Below, one piece after another: positions 37,946-51,592 of a stretch of 64,000 nucleotides of DNA. The stretch covers positions 47,827,131-47,891,130 of the forward strand of contig NC_083416.1 in assembly GCF_020745735.1 (NCBI RefSeq), written 5' to 3'. The position numbers and the translations under genes are program-made. This stretch comes from Hemiscyllium ocellatum. Its lineage: Eukaryota. The stretch's first letter is position 1, and each line of letters begins with the position of its first letter. Below the pieces are notes generated by a model. That model was not told where the DNA came from. It was given only the letters and a program-made list of their open reading frames with translations, and did not search any database.

Positions 37946-38546
37946 AAACGTCGACTAAACATTAAGCATTCTTATACCAAATTACTGAAAAGTTGTTTCC
38001 TCATAAAATACTTTTCAGCAATGCTGATTTAATTAATGCCAAATGTATACATTGTCATACACTCAATGGATATGTAGCCTTGTCGATAAAGTGTCCAACT
38101 CCTCTTGATTATTCAGCAAGTCCTCTTCTCCATGTTGCATCAGGGTGAGTAGTCAAGCATCCTTCGAAAGTTGCTTAAGTCAATATTTTAAGCTTCATCA
38201 AGCGGGCTTCTAGTAACAAAGCACTCTCTGGTGACCCTTTGGTCCTTAAATCTCCACACATCCTGTCCCTTCAAATCGCAAATTCATTCTCACCAGCCTT
38301 TGCTTGTGGTTAACAAAGAAACAGTCTTTCTGTCACCACAGCAGTTTTTGCTTTCTCTCTAGGAGAGGGATATTCGCTGTCTGAGAATTTGTGTCCAGTA
38401 TCATCAGTTTGCCCCTCTTTGTGTCGAGAGTGAAAAGAGGTATTTAACTTTGTGTTTCAGTCTGGATCTCTGTCCTCATTGTAAACAAACCAAACCAAAC
38501 AAATGTCCTTCAGATGCAGTCCTGATACAGTGATAGTGTCTGCTTT

Positions 38547-38728
38547 GGCTCATTGGTAGTGACCTCATTTCTGAATCAGAAGGTTGTAGTTCAAGTCTCT
38601 TTCTAGAGGTTTAATATTTTAATCTAAGCTGACACTTCGCTGTGATGCTAATCACTGAGCTATCAAATGTACTAGCTTTTGGATGATGCAGTAAACTGAG
38701 GCCCTTTGTGCCCCGTCAGGTAAATGTG
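38547..38728 (+). mobile_element. Deu-domain SINE (SacSINE1/AmnSINE1-like), 5' part
   Basis: tRNA-like tggctcattggtag..gttcaagtc followed by gctgacact..ggatga..taaactgaggccc..tcaggt Deu-like core. Confidence 0.65.
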
Positions 38729-38729
38729 T

Positions 38730-41190
38730 GACCCCAGTAAGTTACCTTTGCTTTGGGCAATTCATTCTTAGCCAGATTTATAACTAAATTGGCTTTTTGT
38801 GGCTGGTCACTGTCAAGTGGTGTGAATGTTCTTCCCTGATCTAGCTAAAAAGAGCCAAATCATTGATGGAAAGTGTGCAATTACATATACCTTGCATTAC
38901 ATTATTCGTTAGTTAAAGGAACATTGCTGATGTATTTTTCATTCCAAATGGTATGATTTTGCACTGAAAGTCCATCTGGTGTTACATAAATAGATATTTC
39001 TTTGGCCTTATTTGTGTTTGGATCTTGTCAGTATTGCTTTGGTAAATCGATCTTTTGTGATTAATCATGTCTGTCCAAATTGTTCAATATAATTCACTTT
39101 TCTTGGAATAGGAGATGTCTCCACTTTTGATTCGATGTTGATTTTATGGTAATGTAGCATCTTTATTGCTGATCTAATTCAAGCCACACAACAATAGGTG
39201 AACTACACCTGCTATAACTTATGATTTTAATAGGACAACGCAAGATTAAACATTGTTTTCCATCACTTGAGCTAATCTTTCTGGTTTGAGACTTATGATT
39301 TCATACTTATATATTCATGCAAAATATGAATATCCTTAATGTCAAAGAGGAACAAAGGAATTCCCTTATCCCATTATTAAAATATTCTCAACAATAGACA
39401 CTAATCATTATCTTCAAAGTTTCCAATAGACGTTAAGATTGTGGGTGATGAGCAGAAGATGTAAATTATTTACAGAACAACGTAGATTATCTGAACAAGA
39501 TGGGCGGGGAATATTTTTGGATAATTGATCTGATTGTTAACAAGTGGTAATTTGAGTGCCGATTATTTGACCATGCCTCAGTTATCTGGCAATGCACGTG
39601 ATAATGCAATTTAACTGATAACTGAATGCTGAGTTGTCTAATGACGTTTTTAACAGGACCTTAAGATCTTGTTTGGATAATCCGAAATTCTGATAATCGA
39701 CATCCGGATAACCGAGATCGTTCTGTTTTCCCAAACTTGTCATTATTACTGTGAATGTTTATGATAGTATTTCATTATGAATCCATATCTTGTAAAATAT
39801 TGAACAATTTGTCTGATTTTCCCCAAAAGAACTGCTTCAGGAAATCTTGTGGCAACATTCATAATTATTAAAAGGTACTGGTTCCTACTCTTGGTTTTAG
39901 GTAGGGTTTCTACACAATCTATTAAGACTCTGCTAAATGGTTCTTCAGAAGTTGGTATCAAAATTTAAGGTGCAGTTTAATTGAAATTTGGGGTCACCCC
40001 ACTACCTGACATGTGTGGCATGCCTCAAAAAATGACTACATATGTTAAGTAATATGAAAATAAAAATGTTTTGATATTTTAAGCTTTGTTTCCTCATACC
40101 CAAGCAACCTGCTGTTGGCACTTTGTGAGCCCGTGATGAAATTTCAGTACAGTACTCAGAACTATCAACTGATGGATCACTGCCTGTTCCTCCAGTAGCT
40201 GGTATTTGAATTGGTCTCCATTTCCTCATTAAAGCATTCTCTTTCAAGTAACTCAACTCAGGTATTGTTTCTGACTCTGTCTCAGAGCAGGTTGTTTGGT
40301 ATGGCTATTTCAGTTCCTAGTCCATTCGTTGCAATTGTGTTAAAGACGGGCCAAATGTATCAGCTGCATTCTCAATGTCTTTATTTTTGAAAATTGTGTG
40401 TGGTAACAAAATTTCCAAATAATTTTCCTGTTTCACAAACTCCTTTTACACTTGTTTAATTCTGTGAACCTGAGATCTACTTACAGCACAGTCAGGAAAC
40501 AATCCATGATAATCTTGTTGTAATATTTGTTTGCTTTTACCTCCACTGGTTGCTGCACCAACTGTGGTGAAGTCAGTATTCTTGAACCGGTCAGGTCATT
40601 TCCCAAAACAAATGCAGTTCTTTCTGTAGGAATATCTTTCGCATTACATCTTCTACTACCACATTTCTATTTACCAAGTCATTCTTTAGTCCAACACTTT
40701 ATAATAAGGATGGTTTGTAACCTCCATGTTCACCTCTGATTAATATTTTCTCCTTTATTAAGCCCTCTAGAAGACAAATAATATCAGCTAGCATTAGCAA
40801 CTGACTTGGTCCAGTGTCTTCAATATCTCTATTGGTTTATCTTTTGATTCGAAGCATATGATAATACCTTCCTATTAGAGACAGAGTACTCGAAACTCCT
40901 GCGATCAGATTCTCCTTGTCAGTATTTGAGAAATATGTTCCCTGACTGTCTTGAGCCCTATCTCCCTTAGTACATTGTAAGGGAACATTCTTTTTGTGCT
41001 GCTGCTAGTTTTAAATTATTTATTCCTTCTGTATGTTGAAGATCTCTATGGAGTACCTTCCAGTTTCCTCTTGTTCTCAAAAGCTTGGAATTCTCACATA
41101 TTTCAAAGGACTGATTGTGTTGCCCAAGGGTTAAACAAATTTTAAATGTCTCCCTTTGTGGCTGATGCTGAAATAACACATCCGTCTGTC
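38730..41190 (-). mobile_element. Decayed Gmr1-like Gypsy LTR retrotransposon (PR-INT-RT order)
   Basis: Protease KPIEIL/DTGPSQ at about 40800-40840; integrase EPFSRVLIDCVETLPKTKSRNQYLL..TRFPEA at 39746-39961; RT AKEISIYVTPDG..CKIIPFGMKNTSA at about 38925-39005 and ANLVINLAKNELPKAKVT at about 38740-38793. Confidence 0.8.
39473..39725. mobile_element. Tigger/pogo-like MITE nested in the Gypsy integrase
   Basis: Imperfect TIRs cagaacaacgtagattatctg / cggataaccgagatcgttctg, TA on the left flank, repeated ggataat(c) subterminal motifs. Confidence 0.7.
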
Positions 41191-41204
41191 TGCCTTACTG
41201 GCTG

Positions 41205-41358
41205 AAGTTAAAAATCACACAACACCAGGTTGGTTGAAGGAGCGGCACTCCGAAAGCTAGTTTGCTTCCAATTAAACCTGTTGGACTACAACTTGGTGTT
41301 GTGTGATTTTTAACTTTGTACACCCCAATCCAACACCAGCATCTCCTCCAAATCATGA
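41205..41358 (+). mobile_element. PLE-derived mini-element (family B), short inverted arm, 14-bp TSD
   Basis: TSD ttactggctgaagt (41195-41208, 41359-41372); truncated hammerhead tgaaggagcggcactccgaaagctag. Confidence 0.88.
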
Positions 41359-42789
41359 TTACTGGCTGAAGTGAGTCAAGAATTGATAGTCCTGTGGCTC
41401 TTAGGAACCATTGTTTTAGGCACCTTTTGTTAACTTAGTGATATTAGTTTTTTTTGGAAAATATGTAACATAATTATACCATCATGATACTCTCAGCTTT
41501 ATTCATGAATATTATTGGTGTTTGCTCCTACAAAGCCTCTTTAATCTTTGCTTAGCTCAATAAATAAATCCACTAGAAGGTCATAGTCAGCCTTTAAGCG
41601 TGTGTTTCCAGCAGTAAAGTTTTATGATTAACTAAGAAAAAGTGAGAAGAGTGATTTACTTTAGCTTCTATTGCATACTTTCATTTAGATTGTGTAGTTA
41701 AATATGGCTTTGGGGACTATTGTACCTCAAACATTTATCGTGTCAAACTCAAGGGCGAGGAAACAGAATTCACATCATCATAGTGCAGATTCCTGCTCTC
41801 TAAAAGTTTTATCTTCAGTATAATACACAAACAAAAAAAAAACAAGCTAATTTAAATGTCCCAGTTATAGTCTTAGAATATTTTGCTGATACATTAATGA
41901 AAGGAAATAGACATTATGTATCTATGCTGTATATAGTATCTATCATCCAAACGGGTGTTTAATTTAATAACTTTTAGTAAAACTGTAAATCTGCTATCTT
42001 TGAAAATGATCATTTACCATGTCTGTACCAGAATATCATAAATGTGACATTAAAAAATTCATTAAGTCTCTAATCTGTCATTCGCCAAATACTTTTTTCA
42101 GCAACTTCATAGCTTTTACCCTTCTGTTTAAACTATTATAAACACTAATTTATGCTGTCGAATTTAATTGGTTAAAATCGTAGAATTGTACAGTACAGAA
42201 GACTCCCTTTAGCTCATTGAATCTGTACTGCTAAAATACACTACTACCTATATTAGTCCCACTTTCCTACACTAGGCTCAAACCCTTGAATATTATGACA
42301 GTTCAGGTGCTCATCCAAGTACTTTTTAACCAGGTGAGATCTCCCACCTCAACTACCCTCCTAGGCAGTGCATTCCACATCTTGATCACCCTCGGGGTGG
42401 AAAATCTTTTTCACAAATCCCCTCTACATCTCCTGCCTTTCAACTTAATTGTAATATAAAGTAGAAATATTATACTTAAATCCCAATGTGGCTAATTTTG
42501 TTTTTTCTAAATTAGACTTGGATTGAAAAGATTTATCAACCAGGATTTTTAATTTACACAAGTATTGATTTATTACAAAGAAAAAAACTTATTACATGGC
42601 ACAGACTCTTGCTGTCTTGCACTTTCTGTATGTCCCTGTAAATTGAAAAAGCAGATTTCACTACTTTAAAGTAATTTGCCTTAAAAAGAAAGGCATTTTC
42701 TTGACAATGGCAGTTATTCTTTATGGCAGGGAAGGATAATCTGTGCCACTTGTGGTCATCACTAATTATGCCTATTTATCTCTGGGAAA

Positions 42790-43505
42790 TTGGGAAACAC
42801 CCCTTGCTCAAGAAGATTCAGAGATCTGGTTGTCCTGGTGCAAATATCACAGAAGATTAGGATGCAGGCAACCCTAGTCATCAGGAAAACTAATAGTGTT
42901 ATGATTTATTGCCAGGGGAATGGAATATGACAGTAGGAACATTATGTTGCAGTTCTACAAGGCATTGGTGAGACCGCATCTGGTACTGTAGACAGTATTG
43001 GTCACCATACTTATGAAAGGATGTTAATGCATTGGAAGCAGTTCAGAGAAGATTTAATAATAGACTAATGCTTGGAATTAGCAGGTTCTTTATGATGAAA
43101 GGCTAGATCTTTCTCTGGGGTTTTTAAAAAAAAAAGGGATGACCTAATTGAAACAAATAAGTCATGATCAGGTGGATGTTGAACATATCCTACTGTGGAA
43201 GATTCTAGAACTTAGGATTGTGGTTTAAAATATTGGGTTGCCCGTTTATAAGTGAAATGAGGAAGCATTTATTTCTCTCACGATTGTGAGCCTTTGGCAT
43301 TCCCATCCTCAAAAGGCAGTGGATGGAGAACCTTTAGATATTTTTAAGGCATAATGAAATAGATTCTTAATTACCAAGGAGTTGAAAGGTCAGAGTTTGG
43401 AGAATAGTGTTGAGGTTACATCAGATCAACCATTATCATATTGAATGGCGGAGCAGCCTCAAAGAGCTGCATGGCCTACTGGAGTTCCTTGATCCTACGT
43501 TCTTA
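42790..43505 (+). mobile_element. CR1 LINE 3' fragment
   Basis: MLQFYKALVRPHL..VNALEAVQRRF; ends catggcctact. Confidence 0.8.
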
Positions 43506-44967
43506 TGTGAGAAATACAATATTAAGAAACTTTTTCAATAACATTTCCAGAAGAACAGTCAGGTTTCACCCTGTTCTCTCCTTTTTAAAGGTATGCCAGA
43601 GATAGCTGATAAGAGCTGAGCAGTTTGTTCTGTGACAGTTGTTATAATAAACTGAAAAATTCAAATGGAAATTCCAAATCTATAAAAATTGTCCAAAAAT
43701 AACACCTGTAATACCCAGTCGTAAAACAGTCTGTTTTCCCTGAGTGGGTTCAGGCAACCAAGGCCAGCAATTATCTGGAACTATGTAGTTTTTTAAAAAA
43801 CGCCTTGTTTAAAAAAATGAAATTATGTTGCATCTTTTCATTAACCTTACATAGAAAAATAATCTAAGCATTCCACAATCCGTCAAACCTGTCCACCAAA
43901 ATTATTAAACATAAACCATACTCATAACAATCTTGGTAGTCTGATGCAAGTTGGAGGATAAACCTTTTGTCTTTACAGTATGAAGCCCAAATGTACAATC
44001 CTGATTAACTTTAAACCTTTGCATGAACCTAAACTTATTGATGGTGTGAATTAGGCAAGACATTTCAAAGCCAATGTTGAAATTTTTTTTTAATGAATTG
44101 CTTGCTTGATATGATGCTCTACTGCTTAATGGTAATGCTAGTACTGTTTTTATTTGTTAATTTACTTGATATTTTGTGGGGTATTTTAAGCAAATGGATA
44201 ATGCATATTCCACTGTACATAGTTCACTTAAATTTTCAAAAGCTTTCTGATGCACTTACTCCCGTGAAGCTAATGAGGAACTTTAAAGCTATGGAGCAGT
44301 TATCGCATTTTGTATGACAGTGCTCCAGTGAAGCACGTTGTGACTAATTACCAGATTAAATATGCTGTGTAAGTACATATTGTTATTGGCTAAATAGAGA
44401 GGTGGTGTGTAATCAACACTGAGGACATGATCTGTTTAGGGAAAAAAAATCCTTTTGTAGTATTCATCAATGATGGACAGCAGTTGTATCATGAAATTTG
44501 CTGCTGACACAAACGTTTTGATCAAGAAATGAGTAAAAAGTCAAATGACTATCTAATAGAGAGGCATGGAGCATTATATTGAGATATGGTAGATTTTAAT
44601 GTGAAGTGTAGACTAACACTTATGATATGAGGTAAGAGTTTAATTCCCTGGAGTTTGCATTGTGTAAGGGGGTAATCCTAGTTGCTAATCTCAAATGATT
44701 TTATAAAGCTCTTGTGATCATTGGTATGGATTTCACTTTTCTAGTTTGTAATTTAATTTTGGTAACAAGTCAAAATGATCTCCAGGTATTCAAAACCCGT
44801 GATCTTATCAAGTAGAAAAGCAGCCACGTTCTCAAGAATTAGTCATAGAGTTGTACAGCACAGAAAAAGACCTTTCAGTCCAACTTGTTCATGCCAACCA
44901 GCTATCCGAAATTATTCTAGTCCCATTTGCCAGCAATTGGCCCATGTTCCTCTAAAACTTTCCTATT

Positions 44968-45572
44968 AATCGCAAGGTTTATGAAGGTTTGTAGCTCAGG
45001 TTGAAGTTTAGCGTGTAGGTTTGTTCGCTGAGCTATAGGTTTGATATCCAGACGTTTCATTACCTGGTTAGGTAACATCATCAGTGGCGACCTCCAAGTG
45101 AAGCGAAGCTATTGTCTCCTGCTTTCTATTTATATCTTTCTCCTGGAAGGGGTTCCTGGGGTTTGTGGTGATGTCATTTCCTGTTCGTTTTCTGAGGGGT
45201 TGATAGATGGCATTTAGATCTATATGCTTGTTTATGGCATTGTGGTTGAAGTGCCAGGCCTCTCGGAATTCTCTGGCATGTCTTTGCTTAGCCTGTCCCA
45301 GGATAGATGTGTTATCCCAGTCAAAATGGTGGTTTTTTTCATCCGTGTGTAGGGCTATGAGGGAGAGAGGTTCGTGTCTTTTTGTGGCTAGCTGATGTTC
45401 ATGTATCCTGGTGGCTAACTTTCTTCCTGTTTGTCCTACGTAATGTTTGTGGCAGTCCTTGCATGGAATTTTATAGATGACATTGGTTTTGTCCATGGGT
45501 TGTATGTTTTTGTTTGAGAGTGTTGGTGGGTTTGTGTGCTACTAGGATTCCAAAGGGTCTTAGTAGTCTGGC
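44968..45572 (-). mobile_element. Poseidon/Penelope-type PLE 3' fragment encoding a GIY-YIG endonuclease
   Basis: ORF 45068-45496 DKTNVIYKIPCKDCHKHYVGQTGRKLATRIHEH...REFREAWH; terminal repeat homologous to 22431-22550. Confidence 0.92.
45048..45087 (-). ncRNA. Minimal type I hammerhead ribozyme, intact, overlapping the PLE stop codon
   Basis: CCA-CUGAUGA-U-GUUACC-UAACCA-GGUAAU-GAAA-CG-UC/UGG. Confidence 0.85.
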
Positions 45573-46303
45573 TTAAATTTACATAATCAGGAAAGAATTT
45601 TAACAATTTTGAAACTGGGATAAGGTGAAAAATGAATTGATTTTTATTTTATTCAAACTATTAATCAACATAGGAATATGACTCCAAGATCAAGCAAGTG
45701 CATTCCTTTTACTTCATTCATTTCTCTCTTTACTGAATAATGGATTGAATAGCAATCTTTTCAGGAAACACATAGAGCTTTAAAACATTTATCATATTTT
45801 CCTCTTACCTTCCACAACTCCGACACCAACGCTACTACTACTCGTGTTCACGGGTGCCACGAGAAACCATTCATTGATTTTTGTAATTATAAGCCTCCAC
45901 TGATGATAATGCTACTTAACAGTGGAGAGGAAGAAAAGGTAATTTCATTTCATTTCTTGAACTCCAGGTAATACAAGCATAAAATCAAAGTTTTGTATTA
46001 TTAAATGAAAACAGATTTGGAAGAAAATACATCAGGATTAAGAATATTCCTTTAGTGAAATGAAAGCCTTACGAGATTGAATGAATTGTGAAAAGTAAAT
46101 GGCAATGCTAATTGTACAGGATTAGTTTGGAAAAATATGCTGGAATATCTTTTCAATTATATGTTTGTTCCTACTTGTTCTAAGGCATGACTGCTGCAAT
46201 TGCAGGAGAAATTGAGACAAATGATAAGTACCTTCAGTAATGTTAGTATACTTGTTACAATGAGTAACAATAAAAATATTCGAAATAAACTGGATTAGGA
46301 AAT

Positions 46304-47225
46304 AGTCATAGAGATGTACAGTGTGGAAACAGACCCTTCAATCTAACACGTCTGTGCTGACCAGATATCTTAAATTAATCTAGTCCCATATCCTTCTCAA
46401 TCTTTCCTATTCATGTACGCATCCAGATGCCTTTTAAATGTTGTCATTGTACCAGCCTGCACCACTTCCTTTGGCAGTTCATTCCATGCATTCAGTACTC
46501 TCTGCGTGAAAATGTTGCCTCTTTAGAACCCTTTTAAATCTTTCTCCCTCACCTTAAACCTATGCCTTCTAGTTTTCAACTCCCCTACCCTGGAGAAAAG
46601 ACCTTGACTTATTCACCCTATTCATGCCCCTCATGATTTTATAAACCTCTATAAGATTCCCTCAGTTTCTGACACTCCATGGAAAATAGCACCAGCCTAT
46701 TCAGCCTGTCCTTATAGCTCAAACCCTCCAACTCTGACAACATCCTTGTAAATCTTTTCTGAACCCTTTTAAGTTCCATAACATCTTTGCTATAGCAGGG
46801 AGACCAGACTGAATAGCAGTTTTCTAAAAGTGGCCTAACCAATGTCCTGTTCAGTTGCAACATGACCTCCGAACTCATATACTCAATAAAGGCAAGTTTA
46901 CCAAACACCACCTTCACTATCATGTCTAAATGCAACTCCACTGTCGAGGAACTATGAACCTGCATTCCAAGGTCCTTTTGTTTAGCAACGCTCACCAGGA
47001 CCTAATCATTAAGGTGTATAAGTCCTGCCCTGATTTGTCCTGCCAAAATGCAGCATCTTACATTTATCTAAATTAAATTCCATCTGCCACTCCCTCGTCC
47101 ATTGGCCCATCTGATCAAGGTCTCGTTGTACTCAAAGGTACCTTCATTGCTGTCCATTACATCACCAATTTTGGTGTCATCTGCAAATTTAGTAACTATA
47201 TTTACATCCAAATCATTGATATCAT
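46304..47225 (-). mobile_element. CR1 (HER1-like) LINE 3' fragment
   Basis: INDLDVNIVTKFADDTKIG; MLQLNRTLVRPLLE..RVQKRFTRML. Confidence 0.9.
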
Positions 47226-48559
47226 AACATCGATTTCTACACAGTGTAAGTAATTTATGTGTGGAGGGAATGTATATAAACATATAAGAGAGTTGCTGGA
47301 AGGTCCTGCATTTATGCATTCCTCCCATGTTAAATCAATGTAAATTGGTTAAATTTGATGATACCAAACTGGGAAGGAAGGGGAAAGAAGGGCAGTTACC
47401 ACAGAACTGAGGCTCAAAATGATGACAGATGGAATGCAGTACAGTTAAATTAGACTGTTTGTTAAGTATTACATACAGTTTTAAACATCATGTCATAAAG
47501 GAATCAGTCAAGTTTCAAAGGGCAGTGCAATCAAATCCAAACAATTGATCCGTGACATGAGATGATGGAGTTAATAGGAAAGACTCAATAAAATGAGCTT
47601 CATTATTGCTGACTTCTCTTATGGGAATGGGTGTCGTTGGCTGGCCAACTGACTGCCTGTCCCCAGTTATCCTTGAGAAGATGGTGGTGACTTTGCATGT
47701 TCTACCTTAAGTTGTAAGTTGCCCAGTTACTTGTTGCTTCCTTTGTTTTGATTAACTAGTTCTTGTCTTCATAGCAATCTCAACCAGAGTAAACTTCCCA
47801 GAAGTTATGTCATAGCCACAAATTCTATTTGCATCCCTATCCAAATTCACTTTGAATTCAAATGAATGTCTTTGAAAAATGAGCTTGTGCAAAGTAAATA
47901 TGACAGGGAAAGTGAACGTGAGAAAGGTAAGTGGAGATTAATCCACATAAAGACCAGTCGTGAACTTATTGAATGGCAGAGCAGGCTTGATGGCCTACTC
48001 CTCCTGCTTATTATGTTCTTAGAGTTATGACAAATCTACTGCATGGTTTTGGTCATCCTACATCATGAATGTATGGATGTAATAAGTTGGAAATTTTGGA
48101 TAGGATGGTTCTAAGATTTTGCTGAGGTCAAGAGGTTTATAGAGTCTCCTGATCAGAATGTCTTATTTTATGAATGAATTGGAACTAAAGTGTTTTTCCC
48201 AAAGCTGGAAATTTACACTTGCTAGTCTTCCATCAGAATCTGGTTTGGTGTTGAGGGTGGTACATTTGGTCTTGCCATTCATATCTTGCCATCTTAATAA
48301 GTTGCCAATATTATGTTGATTGCAATAAACAGATCAATAAATGGCACACTACTTGAGTAGTATTTCAGGGAAAGCACTGTGACCAAATGAACTTTAGACA
48401 CTGTGTAGATAGCCTTTTTATCCTGGAAACATTATGTTGCAAAAGTTTAGCAAATCTGTGACTTGCATGCTCTTGGCAAACCCAGCTGATAAGACTATAA
48501 GCCTGACATTATCAAGCGTGTGTATCATTTGCACAGACTTCTCTGTCTCTGCTGGAGGA

Positions 48560-48800
48560 AGAGGGCAGTGTCTTAGGATTTGCATGGTGTCAAGCATCTC
48601 CTGTTTTACAAGAATAAGGGCAACTGCAGTAATTGCAAGAACATTGGAAGTATTTTCCTGTCAAGAATTGTGGGAAGGATATTTATCATTGTTGCTTACA
48701 TCGGACTGCAGATGTATCCCATATTTCACTGCAATTTCAGAACTGGAAAATCCAGAATATTTTCAGTCCAGCAGCTGCAATGAAATATTGTGAACCAAGG
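48560..48800 (+). mobile_element. RTE-clade LINE RT remnant
   Basis: YKNKGNCSNCKNIGSIFLSRIVGRIF...PIFHCNFR resembles RTE YKNKGDRSDCNNYRGISLLSIVGKVF...PESQCGFR. Confidence 0.6.
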
Positions 48801-49793
48801 AGGCCACTATCTATTACTTTCTCTAGCCACTAATTCAGAGGTTCTGACTATTATAATTCAGTCATATACTGTATGTTCACCACTAAACCGAAAAGATTTG
48901 CAATGGCTCCACATATAGACGTACAGACATACACACAACTTTTCTGTCAGGACAGCTGTCCACTGGTTCCATAGCTTGATGGACATCTGTATCTGGACTT
49001 CAATAACTACAAGCAAGTTAGAAGGTGGCAGGCAACTGGGAGATGGTTGCCAATGGCCAGCATCTCTTGAGCCTGATTGGTTGGAAGGAGCATTGGAAGT
49101 TTCCAGAAAAACTCTAGATCAGGGAACCATACACCCTTCAGCCCAGTGCCTTACTGCCAAGCCAGAGTGAGACTGCTGCATCATACAAGGTAATGTTTGA
49201 CACAATTGACCATCAAGGCACAAACCTTCGCCTCATGATTTGGAAAGCTACCAGTACTGCTTCAATGAGGTGTGGTTTGATATTGAGGGAGACTTATCTG
49301 ATGTTGCTTATCATACCATCAACTCCAGAAATGGGGCCTCCCTCTTAGGATGACATTGGGATTATGGTCTGGATTCCTGAAAATCAAAGTCTAAATTTAT
49401 TTTTTTCATTTTCACTGTTTTACTCATTTGGGTCATCTGGCCAACTTCGTAACAACAACCAGTATTTTTGATCTATTCTGCATAGCGAATTTATGGGGGG
49501 TAGGAGTATATGTTCACACTTCCCCATCCTGTCGCATGCTTACTGCTGCTGTTCTCTTCCAGCAAGGGCTCACTGGTGGGCGTGGTGCTGGTGTAATTAC
49601 TAGGATATCTCTAGAAAATGTGCGAGTAAAAGAAAAGTGCTGTTTAACTTTGATTTAGTTTTAGAGGCCACAATTACAAGGTTTGGTTTGTGGCAAGGAA
49701 AGAGGTTGAAACAAAACTTTGGTATTGGATTACTAAAATTTAATGCTCATTTCAGGCCATTCAGACTTCCACCTACTTCTTTCTCACCGGCAG

Positions 49794-49910
49794 GTATTTG
49801 AAGCAGTTATCTCTTGGATAAAGTATGACAAAGAAACTCGCCTGGACCACATGGCAAAACTAATGGAAAATGTTCGCCTTCCACTACTTCCACGGGATTA
49901 TCTTGTCCAG
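49794..49910 (+). CDS. KLHL3: KLHL3 coding exon (human exon 7 equivalent), BACK domain
   Basis: ccggcag|GTA TTT ... GTC CAG|gttagc; 117 nt; VFEAVISWIKYDKETRLDHMAKLMENVRLPLLPRDYLVQ. Confidence 0.96.
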
Positions 49911-51442
49911 GTTAGCAGCAGTGCTCACTTGTGGACTAGGGACCTGAGGTTAAATAGAGCCTGTCAGATGACCTTTTTGTCGTAGGAGCATATTTCATTT
50001 GCAAGTTTAATAAAACACAATTAAATAAAAAAAGAATGTAACCAAAAAATACCTTTAAGTTGAGAAGGAACAAAATTCCATCGAGATATTTGATGATTTT
50101 TTGCTTTCATAATGTGCACAAAATCATTTCCCAGAAAATCCATTTGAGAAGACTTGTAAAACTATTTGACAGCAAAGATGGATTTCAATTGTAATTTGGA
50201 ACAACTTATGACAGAAACAATGACCTGGATGTTATCATCCCTTTAGGAAATGGCTGGAAGTGAGAGCGTAGAAGGATCCCATACAGTGGTGAGGAACATG
50301 GTAGTGGAATGCCCATTACCTACCTGCTGTCATGGCATTTTGCCAAAAGTGATGAAACTGTAGACAGGCCTCCAACCTAGGGACCAAGTAAGCCTCAAGT
50401 GGTCAATTAAAAGTCTGTTCCTGCTGCCGCTGGCATTTTATCAGCAACAAAATAGGCGCTCTGCCATGTGGAAATCCATTTGAAGGTGCTCTAACAGGCT
50501 CCAGGGCAAAGATAAATTATCAGTGTGCAGACCTCCAAGATCCGTGTGTGTTTAGTAATGTCTGAAATCAAAAAATCAGTACACTAGCATGTGCAGAACA
50601 TTAGGGTGAATGTGCAGCTGAGAAAATGTCCTGGATACTATGGTAATGAGAAAAGGGAGACCTCCTCTTTGACTCTGTGGCCTCTGGAGGTTCTGGCAGC
50701 AATGGCTGCCTTGTGACATTCCCACCAGTCCCTTATCAGGGCTTGCCTGATGACCTTAAAGACCCAGAACCACTTAAGTGTTTTATGGGCAATTTGCTTT
50801 CACGGAGTCTTTGCCTTGTAGGTGCAGTTCTAGCAGTAGCCTTTGTACTTTTTGGCTACTGAGCAGCTAGCCCTTCGATCAGCCAGCAGCTCTTGCTATA
50901 CAGTTGCCCAACCTTCAAATCTAGAGAGCCTAATGGCAAATAATTGGTTACAAAATGGCAGAAAAGGGTGATCTTGGGTCACACAAATGTCTGAGGTGGA
51001 TTTGGTTATTTGCCAGGGTGCCTGCCTTACTAATTAAATTCTGACCATAGAAGATTTCTGACACAGAAGGAACCCAGACAGTCCATTGGATCTGTACCAG
51101 TCAAAAATTGCTAACAAACTAAAGCTGCTGCAATCAGCATTGCATCATTTTTATTTTTAAGTTGACTTCTAAATATAAAATGCCCCGTTTTACATTTTGG
51201 AAAATATGTTTTGATGCAGGGCATAATGTGATTTTTTTGCTAAAACTGTTTTATTTTAGCTGTCAGTTTTAGAGAACTATTTGGGGTTAGTGATGTACTG
51301 TGTTACAGGACCTTCTTTTGTTATATCTGGCACAGTGCATTTTTATTTTAACAAGCCAGTTGGTAATTGTTAAATGTCAAGCTATATTCAATAATGTCTA
51401 TTGCTGATGTGACTCACATACGTGTATCCCTGCTACATGCAG

Positions 51443-51592
51443 ACTGTAGAAGAGGAGGCTTTGATAAAGAATAATAATACATGCAAAGATTTCCTAATTG
51501 AAGCCATGAAATACCATTTACTTCCTCTTGATCAACGAGCTGCGATAAAGACAGCGCGCACAAGGCCAAGGACCCCAATCAGTCTACCCAAG
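51443..51592 (+). CDS. KLHL3: KLHL3 coding exon (human exon 8 equivalent), BACK-kelch linker
   Basis: catgcag|ACT GTA ... CCC AAG|gtagga; 150 nt; TVEEEALIKNNNTCKDFLIEAMKYHLLPLDQRAAIKTARTRPRTPISLPK; the NNNTCKDFL..PLDQR segment matches my recall of KLHL3 rather than KLHL2. Confidence 0.95.
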
